Both the position numbers and the translations under genes were made by a program. Below are positions 20,774-29,845 of a DNA stretch of 57,767 bases, one piece after another. This stretch comes from a virus (lineage: Duplodnaviria > Caudoviricetes). The notes below the pieces were generated by a model, which saw only the letters and a program-made list of their open reading frames with translations, was not told the origin of the DNA and did no database searches. The DNA is taken from the IMG/VR virus record IMGVR_UViG_3300030060_004810, positions 1 through 57,767 of that record. One strand, 5' to 3'. The number at the start of each line of letters is the position of its first letter. The stretch's first letter is position 1.

Positions 20774-23316
20774 CCTTTGACCCCAAACAAATAAAATTCA
20801 CCCGTAGAAAAATTCCCACTACTAGGATACAAGCGTATTCCGGTGATTTGGCTAGTTCCGCTGTTATGAACCATTGTCATAGGAGAGTTGCGCAAGCCAC
20901 CTGTGTTGAATAAAGCGGCAAGGTTACCAGTTGCAATAACGCCGCCATAAGAGCTATCGCGACTAGCATTGATTGTAAGCTCGCCTACAAATTGATCGTT
21001 CCAATTAGAGCTTCCGTCCCACTTAATTTTATCGTTGGTGTAAGGAGAGTCATAAACAGATGATGCATTGTTGGCTGAAGTCGAAAATATCCCTAAATAA
21101 GCATAAGTATTGCTGGAAGTACCAATTACACCATTTGTAAAAAAGCGTATCTGAAGGGCCATACTCGTAGAAGGAAACCCCTTAAAATAAACCTTGTAAA
21201 TTTGATAGGCGCTACTCATGCCTGTTAAATCTATCTCTGTACTGCCAGACGCCGTGACCTGAGAGATTAATTCCAAGGTTGGAATTGGATATTTTACAGC
21301 AAGCTCTGTCGCAGATATGGCTTTGCCTGCAAAAGCCGAGCCGGTTGTAGCAATGGTGCCACCGGTAGTTACAAAATAGTTTTGCCCAATAGTTAAACTA
21401 GACTGAGCGTCATCAATAGCCCCAGCAATCTGTATTGTTGCAGTGTTACCGTCTGAATACGCCGCATCAGATATACCAACAAAATTGTTTCCAGTGAGGT
21501 TGGTAAAACTTATCTTGTTTACAATCCCCTTGCCTTTGTCGCTATCTGCACCCGACCTCAAGGCCGTAAGAAACGCACCGGAACTTGGATCAATAGCACT
21601 TGCGGTAATCGACCCTGTGCCATTGTTGTCGTGTACAGCCACATCTTCATAAGTCACTGTTGTGCCAGATATGGTGCCAGCAACAATAGTCAGCTTGTTT
21701 GAATTTCCTGCGTCTGGGTAAGCAACGATCATCTTTCCCGCGGCAGAGTCAAACGCCATAGAGTTTTGACCGCCATTAGACGCGCCAGCAAGACCATCGC
21801 TGTCTATGGTTACTTGATCGCCAAAAGATATAGAGGTGCCACTAACCGTTCCCACGGCAGACTTGAACTGGACATTACCTCCTGAAGTACCACCAGCGGC
21901 ATACGTTACCAACACCTTGCCGTTAGTTGAGTCAAACGCCACACCCCTTTGCAACGAGTTGGTGTTGTTTTCTGTGGATATTTCAACCGCCGTGCCAAAG
22001 CTGATATCCGTCCCCGATACCGTGCCAACAATCGCTGTTGGGCGAGTGCTATTACCGCCGTCAGCGTAGACAATAACTACCTTGTTGTTGGTGCTGTCAA
22101 ATGTTGACCCTATAAACTGTGTATCCGCAGTCTCAAAAACCACCGCCGTGCCAAAACTTATACTAGTCCCCGATACCGTGCCGACCCGTGCGGTTCCGTA
22201 TTGGCTGTTTCCTGCGTCTCTGCCAGCTACAACCACTTTATTACTGTTGCTGTCAAAGGTGGTCGCAGTGTACGACGTGGCACCTGCCTCCCACTCAACC
22301 GGCGTACCAAAACTAATACTCGTCCCCGAAACCGTGCCTACAACGGCATATCCCTTGTTGGACTGCCCCACGTTTTGGTAACTTACAACCGCCTTGTTGT
22401 TGCTACTGTCAAAGGCGGCAGAAATATCGTTGGCGTGAACAGAGTCAAATGTGACGGGAGTTCCATAAGATATAGATGTCCCGCTTACAGTGGCGACAAC
22501 AGCAGTTCCGTAATTGCTATTTCCTGCATCAGAATAAAAAATAACAAATTTGCTATTACTGGAATCAAATACAGCGGCTATACCACCTTGCAAATAAATA
22601 GTGTCCGAGCCGGGAAAGTCCGTGTTTGAGCCACTAGCGGCGTCTCTTCCGGCAACAGCACTGACTGTGCCTGCTGTGTTCAGTATTACTGGATCACCGT
22701 TAGCTATCGCACCAGAGGCTGTTGCCGTAAAGCTGGGAGATGCGTTGATGGAAGTAAAGCTGAGATTGCCAGAACCATCAGTCTGAAGAAGCTGGCTGGC
22801 TGAACCGTCTGCTGATGGCAAGGTAAAGGTAAAGCTAGACCCCACGGTAGCGGGAGCCTGCAATGCAACGTACTGACCGCCAGAAGAATCCTGTAGCCGC
22901 AGGTCACCTTGCGCCGTCAGGTCTACCTGAGTGGCTGTGACAGGGCCGGTGAAAGATGTTGCAGTTACACCGCCGCTAACCGAGACATTGCCCGAGGCAT
23001 CCCTGTTTACAGATTTATCCGCAGGGTAGGTTAGGAACACATCTTTGGTTCCCGCACTAAAGTTCACGGCATTGTTACTGTTGGAGCTGGCAAGAACCGT
23101 GGTGCGGGTTATCGTGTTGCCGCTACTTGCATAGGTGCCTAGACCAACCTCAAAGGCGAGGTTGTTGTCATCAATGATGGCGTAGTAAGTGGTGTCCGCA
23201 TCCGACAGGACAGACGCAAAGGTGCGGAAGTTGGGTTCTGCACCCGCAAGCGAAATCGCGCCTGTACCTGTAGATGTGGTGGTTTCTTTTACGCGATCAG
23301 CAACAACCAAGGCCAT
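20770..23316 (-). CDS. Tail fibre/spike with repeated beta-propeller-like blades
   Basis: Same N-terminal anchor as 19327..20472. Multiple FDS.N.K...GTVSGTSISFGT repeats. Confidence 0.72.
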   Translation of the reverse strand: MALVVADRVKETTTSTGTGAISLAGAEPNFRTFASVLSDADTTYYAIIDDNNLAFEVGLGTYASSGNTITRTTVLASSNSNNAVNFSAGTKDVFLTYPADKSVNRDASGNVSVSGGVTATSFTGPVTATQVDLTAQGDLRLQDSSGGQYVALQAPATVGSSFTFTLPSADGSASQLLQTDGSGNLSFTSINASPSFTATASGAIANGDPVILNTAGTVSAVAGRDAASGSNTDFPGSDTIYLQGGIAAVFDSSNSKFVIFYSDAGNSNYGTAVVATVSGTSISYGTPVTFDSVHANDISAAFDSSNNKAVVSYQNVGQSNKGYAVVGTVSGTSISFGTPVEWEAGATSYTATTFDSNSNKVVVAGRDAGNSQYGTARVGTVSGTSISFGTAVVFETADTQFIGSTFDSTNNKVVIVYADGGNSTRPTAIVGTVSGTDISFGTAVEISTENNTNSLQRGVAFDSTNGKVLVTYAAGGTSGGNVQFKSAVGTVSGTSISFGDQVTIDSDGLAGASNGGQNSMAFDSAAGKMIVAYPDAGNSNKLTIVAGTISGTTVTYEDVAVHDNNGTGSITASAIDPSSGAFLTALRSGADSDKGKGIVNKISFTNLTGNNFVGISDAAYSDGNTATIQIAGAIDDAQSSLTIGQNYFVTTGGTIATTGSAFAGKAISATELAVKYPIPTLELISQVTASGSTEIDLTGMSSAYQIYKVYFKGFPSTSMALQIRFFTNGVIGTSSNTYAYLGIFSTSANNASSVYDSPYTNDKIKWDGSSNWNDQFVGELTINASRDSSYGGVIATGNLAALFNTGGLRNSPMTMVHNSGTSQITGIRLYPSSGNFSTGEFYLFGVKG

Positions 23317-23318
23317 GA

Positions 23319-23765
23319 TTATGCGATCCTGATAATAGCGTTAGATGCGTCAGCCGTTGGGAACACAATCGTAAAGTCACCAGAGCTTGATGACTTGTCA
23401 GCGCCAAAGTCCAAAACAAGAACGGTGTTTGTAGTTCCGCTCCCGCTACCTGCCGTGGTGTTGTAAATTAATGCTCCACGCGCCGTCAATGTACTGCTGG
23501 AGAACGTGAGGTCGGCAAAGTCAGTCAGCGCCGTGGTTCCCGAGGTGGTCGGAGTCACATTAGTCAGTGTTCCGCCGCCTGCCGAGTAACCTGTGCCGCT
23601 GATCTCATTACTGGTTGTATACGCCGTAGTTGCCGCATTGAAGCTGGCAGAGTTGGTGTACATTGCCAGCTTGTACGTATCGCCAGAGCTATTTGTAAAA
23701 TCGTGTTTTGCCTGAAGCACTTCTTGCTTAAAGCTGGTACACATAAAATTTCCTGAGAAGGCCAT
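23319..23765 (-). CDS. Conserved structural protein (148 aa)
   Basis: Start MAFSGNFMCTSFK. Y..G.TL and ARGALIYN motifs seen in marine phage virion proteins. Confidence 0.7.
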   Translation of the reverse strand: MAFSGNFMCTSFKQEVLQAKHDFTNSSGDTYKLAMYTNSASFNAATTAYTTSNEISGTGYSAGGGTLTNVTPTTSGTTALTDFADLTFSSSTLTARGALIYNTTAGSGSGTTNTVLVLDFGADKSSSSGDFTIVFPTADASNAIIRIA

Positions 23766-23766
23766 G

Positions 23767-24057
23767 TCATAATCTCCCGATAAGTTCAGCCAAGTCTTTG
23801 TGCCCTGCATCAAGCAAAGCGTTGTTAACAGTAGTCCTGTCGCTTTGAACGGCTTCCTTCATATAGAAAACAAGAACCGCTCTCATATGCTCCTTATAAG
23901 CTATCGCTTGATCTCTGATAGCGGGCGGTGCCGTATCAGAAACGCTAAGAAGTTTAGTTAGGCATCGGTCAGCCACCTCTTCAGGAGTGAAGCCACGATG
24001 TTGGGTAGTCTGAACTTCGACTATACCCGGTGATAGTGTAACTCCTTCAAAGTTCAT
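23767..24057 (-). CDS. Hypothetical protein
   Basis: 96-aa ORF coupled to its neighbours. Confidence 0.7.
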   Translation of the reverse strand: MNFEGVTLSPGIVEVQTTQHRGFTPEEVADRCLTKLLSVSDTAPPAIRDQAIAYKEHMRAVLVFYMKEAVQSDRTTVNNALLDAGHKDLAELIGRL

Positions 24058-24701
24058 TGTTTAGGCCTTATAACCATGCCGGTCATGTATTGATCCGTCA
24101 CCTCTTTCGATTCTCCAAACTGCTTCATACCAATAAGAGCATTTTGCAATTGAGCAGTGTACAGAGCTAGAACATCCTGCTCACCTTTCATAAAGGTGTA
24201 CGCCTCTAGCAAACTGCCGTATAACAGCGCCAAGGGCGCGTTTTCACTAAGCCACGACTGACTTGTATCGCTCAAACTGGTCAAACTGGCGGGTCGGTAG
24301 TAATAATGTAGCTCTGCCGTCAAAGCGGCATCTGGCGTAGGCGCTAAAATAAAATTACTGCTATCAAACATCGCGTAGTATTTAGGCGTACCTGTGGTGC
24401 TACTGTTGGGGTTAAACGTCTGCAAGAAGTTAACGTCCTTGTATTCAACAAAGATTTTGGACGAGGAAACCTCAAAAGAAAGCGAAAAAGGGGCCAAAAA
24501 ATCAGACGGGCAATCTAAAAATTGATTAGATGCCGTAGAAGTCCCAACCACATTTTTACGAAATACTGAAAGCTGTACATTCTTAAGAATGCGCTCTTCC
24601 GCATTACGGATAAACACGGGAAGATTATTGGTAAACGTCGTTTCGTCGTTTTCCGTGTAATCTTTTATGGCCTGTTTTAGTTCAGCGTAAGTAAAGCTCA
24701 T
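24054..24701 (-). CDS. Head-tail adaptor-like protein
   Basis: GTPKYYA, LAPTPD, HYYYRP and LLYGSL.EA motifs. Confidence 0.65.
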   Translation of the reverse strand: MSFTYAELKQAIKDYTENDETTFTNNLPVFIRNAEERILKNVQLSVFRKNVVGTSTASNQFLDCPSDFLAPFSLSFEVSSSKIFVEYKDVNFLQTFNPNSSTTGTPKYYAMFDSSNFILAPTPDAALTAELHYYYRPASLTSLSDTSQSWLSENAPLALLYGSLLEAYTFMKGEQDVLALYTAQLQNALIGMKQFGESKEVTDQYMTGMVIRPKQ

Positions 24702-25057
24702 GAGATTGTCACCGTAACTGAGCCTACCGAGCCTGTCAGAGCGTCCGTCGCATCAAGCTCTGAGGGCAACTGAGCTACACCAGAGGTAGACCAATTTCCA
24801 TTTCCTAAATAGCTGATACCGTTTGTAGTCTTAACCAAAAAAGCACTGGTTGGATTATTCGGCTGTGGTCTAGGATTTAACAAGGCTTGTGGGTCCACAG
24901 CTTTCCTACGAGGCTCTAGCTGGGGTTGTTTTGGCTCATATTCATCAGGACCCACCAACATGCCCGTCCACTCTCGCTTCATTTCGTTTAGCTTGTAACG
25001 AAAGCCAGAGCGGTCTGATATGCCGTATGCGAACTTGCCGTTAGCAAACCTAGCCAT
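24698..25057 (-). CDS. Hypothetical structural-region protein
   Basis: GISDRSGFRY...EW.G..V...E.EPKQPQ ORF with overlapping start/stop. Confidence 0.7.
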   Translation of the reverse strand: MARFANGKFAYGISDRSGFRYKLNEMKREWTGMLVGPDEYEPKQPQLEPRRKAVDPQALLNPRPQPNNPTSAFLVKTTNGISYLGNGNWSTSGVAQLPSELDATDALTGSVGSVTVTIS

Positions 25058-25725
25058 CACAGAATCCTTGAGTAAGCCATTGAGGGTTGAATGTTAAAGG
25101 AAGACCTGTCTCTATCCTCAGATGCGGCCCTGTCAAACTCTTCTTCATAGACCGCCTTGAGAAGCTGTACGCGTTCAGGGGCACGTTTCATTGAAAGGTA
25201 ATACGCCAAACCTGCGGCCAAACAAGGGTAAAACCGAAACGGCAAATCCATGGTGTTTGTAAAGGTATCTGCGTCATCCATACGTACAAGCTTGTCAATA
25301 ATGACTGTGTCTGTGCTGTTTTCAGGTACAGGCCACAGCTTCAAAACAGGATTGATCTGCCGGTCTACAAAGAACTGAGAAGGACGTGCTTTGGTCGTTT
25401 TAGTGGGTATATTGATGTAATCACCCCTACTAATCCTTTCCAGCGCAAAATCCGTGCCACTTCTTCGTATGACGGCGTCCAGAACATCGATGGTAGATGC
25501 TCCAAGCGTGTACTCAGCAGTGCCCTCAGTAAGCGAAACCGTTGTTTGATCAATTGTCCATTGATTCAAACCCCGGTTTGCCCAATCGGCCAACATCAAG
25601 TTCAAGGACCTTTTTGCAGTTTTAAGGTCATAACCGGTGCGGACTTCTAGCCCACAGCGTTCATAAGCCTCTTCGATGTAGTCACTTACATCTAACTCAA
25701 AGTCTGTTGAACCTGACGTAGTCAT
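25057..25725 (-). CDS. Tail tubular protein A / adaptor-like
   Basis: IEEAYERCG, RSLNLMLADWANRG, LWPVP and GLAYYL motifs. Confidence 0.65.
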   Translation of the reverse strand: MTTSGSTDFELDVSDYIEEAYERCGLEVRTGYDLKTAKRSLNLMLADWANRGLNQWTIDQTTVSLTEGTAEYTLGASTIDVLDAVIRRSGTDFALERISRGDYINIPTKTTKARPSQFFVDRQINPVLKLWPVPENSTDTVIIDKLVRMDDADTFTNTMDLPFRFYPCLAAGLAYYLSMKRAPERVQLLKAVYEEEFDRAASEDRDRSSFNIQPSMAYSRIL

Positions 25726-26138
25726 TCTTTAGCCTTTTTTCTAATTTTTTCTAACAATCGCTCGTCGTCAGTTTTTCGTTTAGGCTTTTTTTTCGGGAGA
25801 ACAGGCTTACCTTTACTTAAACCAGAACCAATACCTCCTACCGCTCCAACTCCTGCCGACCCCGCTTTTTCAGCAGAGCTAAGGTAATCATAATAATCAC
25901 TGTCCTTTCTAGGACCTTCGTGATCAGGGATAATGGTTGTTTCTGACCTAGGCAGAGTCACACCACCACCTTTTTCATAACCTCGGACCCGTGGCTTTGG
26001 ACAAGGGCTCATAGCTTCCTGCTTGTGTGCGTTTACCGGACCACCGTGCCTCATGAAGCCCATTTTGTTTCGGACTTTAGTTGGTAGTTTTGGCAAACCT
26101 TTGTTCCCCTTTGGAACTGGCTTTAAGTTCTTAGCCAT
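25722..26138 (-). CDS. Small basic protein
   Basis: K/P-rich 138-aa ORF with two xxxGGxV motifs. Confidence 0.65.
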   Translation of the reverse strand: MAKNLKPVPKGNKGLPKLPTKVRNKMGFMRHGGPVNAHKQEAMSPCPKPRVRGYEKGGGVTLPRSETTIIPDHEGPRKDSDYYDYLSSAEKAGSAGVGAVGGIGSGLSKGKPVLPKKKPKRKTDDERLLEKIRKKAKE

Positions 26139-26140
26139 GG

Positions 26141-26443
26141 CTATAACGGCTTCTTTGAGCTACTACGGACTACGGCACCGCCATTTGCTCTCTTAATCGG
26201 CTTGGCTTTCATCGCCATACCACCGCCACGCATACCCGGAGGCTTGGCTTTCATCGCCATACCACCGCCACGCATTTTCTTAGGCAGTGCTTTTGCTTTA
26301 GGCGGGGGGTCCATCATAGCCTCGCCACCCTTTTTCATGCCCGGAGGCTTGGGTTTCGCTGACATACCACCGCCACGCATTTTCTTAACAGGCTTGGCTT
26401 TTTTCTTGGCCATACCATTCCTCATTCCCTTTGGTCCCGGCAT
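26141..26443 (-). CDS. Small highly basic repetitive protein (100 aa)
   Basis: Start MPGPKG after AGGAGA. Repeats of MRGGGM and KAKP. Confidence 0.65.
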   Translation of the reverse strand: MPGPKGMRNGMAKKKAKPVKKMRGGGMSAKPKPPGMKKGGEAMMDPPPKAKALPKKMRGGGMAMKAKPPGMRGGGMAMKAKPIKRANGGAVVRSSSKKPL

Positions 26444-26987
26444 CACAAAGTCTCCTGTATAGTTCCTGACGCTCGTCCCACAAACCGGCGGTTTGCGGGT
26501 CATTTAGGTACTGATCATAGTACCCCTTTTCTCTCAGCATTTCTGCTGATTTTTCAATGGTAGATAGCCGTTGCACAAACAACATTGTGTATGGCTCCTC
26601 TACCAAATAATCAAATTCTTGGTCAAACGCTTCTTCGCTTTCGTCAAACGGGTGAAAGCCCATGACCCACAGGTCTTTTTGTGTAAAAATACCGGCAGAT
26701 ATGGCGTCGTTCAAAGCCCCGATATAATCGTGAAACTCTTGTGATTCCTCAACAAAATCAAACTGCACAAACAAAATTACGTCATAGGTGTCATCAAACT
26801 GTGACAAAACTGTGTATAAGCTTTGCATAGATTTGTCGTGACTAAACGAAAAACCTACCTTGTCAGATAAAAAAGCTTTTTTGGCGTAGGGACACGCCGG
26901 GATGTCGTTAAAAAAAGGGTTAGGCTTATCTAGAACTTGATTTGCCCATTCTTTTATTTCTTCAATAACTCTTTGTTCTAGGTCCAT
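26385..26987 (-). CDS. DUF1415-like protein
   Basis: PACPYAKK and VMGFHP motifs. Confidence 0.5.
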   Translation of the reverse strand: MDLEQRVIEEIKEWANQVLDKPNPFFNDIPACPYAKKAFLSDKVGFSFSHDKSMQSLYTVLSQFDDTYDVILFVQFDFVEESQEFHDYIGALNDAISAGIFTQKDLWVMGFHPFDESEEAFDQEFDYLVEEPYTMLFVQRLSTIEKSAEMLREKGYYDQYLNDPQTAGLWDERQELYRRLCDAGTKGNEEWYGQEKSQAC

Positions 26988-26989
26988 GA

Positions 26990-27313
26990 CTAGTCATACC
27001 TAGTCTTCTTTCTGCGCTCGGGCATCACCGCGCCACAACCCCGGTGATTCTTGCGTATTTCTCCACCGTTAGCGGCTTTACGGACTTTAGCGGCCTTGGT
27101 ATTAGATACGACTTGCTTACCTTTAGCGCCCTCACGCTTCTTTTTACGCGCCGTAGCGGCACGTTCTGATTTGCTCAAGCTGTTGGCTTTAGAACGAGGC
27201 AAACAACGGTCAGGCCGTTTTTTGTTCTTAGACGTTCCGCACTCTCCAACAATGTTTCCACTGCTGTCGATGCGGACCCAATCTTGATCCAGCCAATTTT
27301 TAAGCTCACCCAT
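26990..27313 (-). CDS. Small basic conserved phage protein
   Basis: L..W..QDWV, ECG and RCLP motifs; K/R-rich. Confidence 0.7.
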   Translation of the reverse strand: MGELKNWLDQDWVRIDSSGNIVGECGTSKNKKRPDRCLPRSKANSLSKSERAATARKKKREGAKGKQVVSNTKAAKVRKAANGGEIRKNHRGCGAVMPERRKKTRYD

Positions 27314-27567
27314 TAGCGACCTTTCCTTTTGCCGCCTTTGGATTTTTTAGCGTAATTAGGGTCTTTGCAATATTTACTAGCGGCTAAATTAGCGTAGGCA
27401 GAGGGATATGTGTCAAAAGTACGCTTTGCCCACGCCTTACCTTCAGGGCAAATTTTACTGCCTTTACTCTTACTGGACGCCGCACCACCTTTACGCATGT
27501 AGGTGACTTGAACTTTTGCTTTTTTTGGCCCTGTTCTTACCCTTGAGCCGGAAACTTCCATACCCAT
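27313..27567 (-). CDS. Small basic conserved phage protein
   Basis: AKRTFDTYPSAYAN motif; K-rich. Confidence 0.7.
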   Translation of the reverse strand: MGMEVSGSRVRTGPKKAKVQVTYMRKGGAASSKSKGSKICPEGKAWAKRTFDTYPSAYANLAASKYCKDPNYAKKSKGGKRKGR

Positions 27568-27571
27568 AACA

Positions 27572-27754
27572 TCATCCTATCATCTTACTAAAAATAGGGG
27601 CGCTTATAATTAAAACAGCTAAACCCCAAATTTTTATATCTAATCGACGTAAAGAGTGTTTTTGATCATCCAGCCTTTCTTCAATACGGGCATAACGAAG
27701 CGCACACTCCGCTTCATGCTGGTTTAGCTTCGCTAAAACATCCTCTAACTTCAT
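27572..27754 (-). CDS. Small coiled-coil plus transmembrane protein
   Basis: HEAECA.RY motif followed by a hydrophobic C-terminus. Confidence 0.6.
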   Translation of the reverse strand: MKLEDVLAKLNQHEAECALRYARIEERLDDQKHSLRRLDIKIWGLAVLIISAPIFSKMIG

Positions 27755-27759
27755 GACTA

Positions 27760-28044
27760 TCACCAAGCTTTACAGGACCAGTACCTAGCGGAAAATTTAT
27801 CCTTTGCCGTATCACAGTTGTGACGCGCTCTAAAGTTACTTCTACGACCCGGCTGTGACTTTTTGATTGACATGTTTGGATCGCCAAAACGAACGAGCTT
27901 TACTTCCTTGCCTTTTTTAGCCAAAACAGCACTTTTTTTGGACTTTCCGGGGGTTTTCTTGGGCTTGTTATAGCCCGAAAAAGTTTCTCCCCGATAACTC
28001 AAACGACCTGAAGGTAAACGCTTCACATCTTTAGTTGTCGCCAT
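27760..28044 (-). CDS. Small basic conserved phage protein
   Basis: KLVRFGD...FRARHNC...ARYWSCKAW motif. Confidence 0.75.
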   Translation of the reverse strand: MATTKDVKRLPSGRLSYRGETFSGYNKPKKTPGKSKKSAVLAKKGKEVKLVRFGDPNMSIKKSQPGRRSNFRARHNCDTAKDKFSARYWSCKAW

Positions 28045-28316
28045 CAGCTAAAAAACACCGTGATTGCCGTAATGTTAGTTAAGACACTGACAAAAATATC
28101 AGACACTTTAATCCCCTCATCGGGAATGTTGACCGAGTGCGTTTCGCTCGCAGAAAAATCCAAATCCAATACTGTGCTACCGCCACTAGCATCGGTGATG
28201 GTTAGTCTTGGAGTACCAGAAGTTGAAAAAACTTGAATCTGACGAATACGAGCAGGCCCTACACCAGCAGAGCCTGTTCCGGTCAGACGTTTTGATCTTA
28301 CGTCTGAGTTAGCCAT
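28044..28316 (-). CDS. Hypothetical structural protein
   Basis: 90-aa beta-rich ORF with GGGAGA ribosome-binding site. Confidence 0.7.
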   Translation of the reverse strand: MANSDVRSKRLTGTGSAGVGPARIRQIQVFSTSGTPRLTITDASGGSTVLDLDFSASETHSVNIPDEGIKVSDIFVSVLTNITAITVFFS

Positions 28317-28328
28317 GGCTTTCTCCCG

Positions 28329-28811
28329 TTAAGATGCGTCAGAAGTGCTGGATATTCCAAAAAACTTCAGGACAATAACCGTGTCACCGCCGGGATCTCC
28401 CGAGAGAACAATCTCAACTTCATCTGCCGTGCCCGTAGCCGCAGTGGTTGTTCCACCGGACATCCCAAGAACACCGTTACATGGAAAATACCCTTTAAAG
28501 CCGGTTGAATTTACAGCCGCAGAAATACCGTCAACAAAACCGTCAGTATCGGCATCTGTGCCGATATCGTTAAGCGTGACAGAGTTTGAAGATGCAGTGG
28601 TAACAGCAATTGTAACCGCCATAGGAATAAAGTTGTCTGGAATGCCAATCGCAGACTCTTTGCCCGTGGTAGCACCATCCGCCACCGTGATGGTCGCTTC
28701 GTAAGTAGAAAGCGTCATAGTGCTGGTTACAGCGCCGGTAGTAGAGTTTTTGGTAATGTCTGAGAAACCGTTTTCAGAACGGACGGGACCGTTAAACGTA
28801 GTATTAGCCAT
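28329..28811 (-). CDS. Putative minor capsid/decoration protein
   Basis: MANTTFNGPVRSENGF N-terminus, T/S/G-rich, first gene after the MCP terminator. Confidence 0.6.
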   Translation of the reverse strand: MANTTFNGPVRSENGFSDITKNSTTGAVTSTMTLSTYEATITVADGATTGKESAIGIPDNFIPMAVTIAVTTASSNSVTLNDIGTDADTDGFVDGISAAVNSTGFKGYFPCNGVLGMSGGTTTAATGTADEVEIVLSGDPGGDTVIVLKFFGISSTSDAS

Positions 28812-28881
28812 GAGGTTCTCCTGTCGTGGCCAGTGTCAGCCTCAGTATGGGGCTGTCAGGAAAAATTTATATTAACATAAA

Positions 28882-28897
28882 TGTTCCACGTGGAACA
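28882..28897. promoter_or_regulatory. parS: parS-like palindrome TGTTCCACGTGGAACA
   Basis: Perfect 16-bp palindrome matching the bacterial chromosomal parS consensus. Confidence 0.8.
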
Positions 28898-28920
28898 AAA
28901 AAAGCCGCCCGAAGGCGGCT
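28897..28920 (-). terminator. Intrinsic terminator after major capsid gene
   Basis: AGCCGCC-UUCG-GGCGGC-U7. Confidence 0.9.
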
Positions 28921-28926
28921 CTGTTT

Positions 28927-29832
28927 TTAGGCACCCGGTGTGCCAAAGACACAACGCCAATCGGAAACACCGAAACTGTAACGCTCACGCGCCTTGAAGC
29001 GCATGTTGCCAGTATCAAAGTCACCTTCCATTGCAGTCTTGATGGGGCTTCGGTTAAACATCTTGAAGCCGTTAGGTGCGTCAGTCTTAATGAAGAACGC
29101 ATCTGTGTCGGTCAAGAAATGGTTAACTACCGCGCCATCTGGGAGCATTCCCATAGACTTGGTTGCGTTGAGGTCATTGTCCGCAGTTCCCGGACGCAGG
29201 TTGGAGTTGATTACCCGCTCTGCAATAAATTGCAGTTCTTTCGGAATAATCATCTTCATACCACGTACCGCGATCTTCAGACCACGCTCATCGGTTAAAC
29301 CAGCAATATCAATCAGCATCTGCTCAAGAGAAGTCTCGTTGAGGTCAGCGGCGGTTGATAACAAGTTACGCTGGTTCCCTGAAAGGGACGGGTGAGCGGA
29401 AGAGCAGAGAGCGGCACCATCTCCAACAGGAGAACCGGTGCTAAAGGCGTTATTCAGAATTGAAGCGGCCTTAATCTGCTTGGTCTGGGACATGGATCGT
29501 GCCAAAGCACGGGTGTAACGAGAAGCAAGGCGGTCATACAGGTTGTCTTCAATCGCCTCTTCGGTGATTGAAAACGCTAGTGCAATCGTTTCGTGAGTAT
29601 AACGTGCAGTAAATGTCTCTTGCGCGTCATCAAACGAGATGGCACCACCCTCTGACTTAACCGGCGCAGTGCCGAAGCCAGACAGCATTACTTCTTCTTC
29701 AAAAGCACGATCAGAAGTTTCTTCTTCAAAAACTTCCGCGTGTTCCTGTTCGTAGCGATCATACTCAAGGCCAAAAAGAGCGTTAAGCCCCGGCTCAAGT
29801 TCCTTCGCCAACTGTGCGCGAGAAATAGCCAT
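28927..29832 (-). CDS. Major capsid protein
   Basis: MAISRAQLAKELEPGLNALFGLEY N-terminus, typical of vSAG 37-F6/HTVC023P-type capsids. Followed by a strong terminator. Confidence 0.9.
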   Translation of the reverse strand: MAISRAQLAKELEPGLNALFGLEYDRYEQEHAEVFEEETSDRAFEEEVMLSGFGTAPVKSEGGAISFDDAQETFTARYTHETIALAFSITEEAIEDNLYDRLASRYTRALARSMSQTKQIKAASILNNAFSTGSPVGDGAALCSSAHPSLSGNQRNLLSTAADLNETSLEQMLIDIAGLTDERGLKIAVRGMKMIIPKELQFIAERVINSNLRPGTADNDLNATKSMGMLPDGAVVNHFLTDTDAFFIKTDAPNGFKMFNRSPIKTAMEGDFDTGNMRFKARERYSFGVSDWRCVFGTPGA

Positions 29833-29845
29833 TACTTAATCCCCC

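Noticed and set aside
16908-23316. Diversity-generating retroelement or invertible fibre switch
   Set aside because: No reverse transcriptase or invertase is visible, differences between paralogues are not adenine-specific, and all genes share one orientation.
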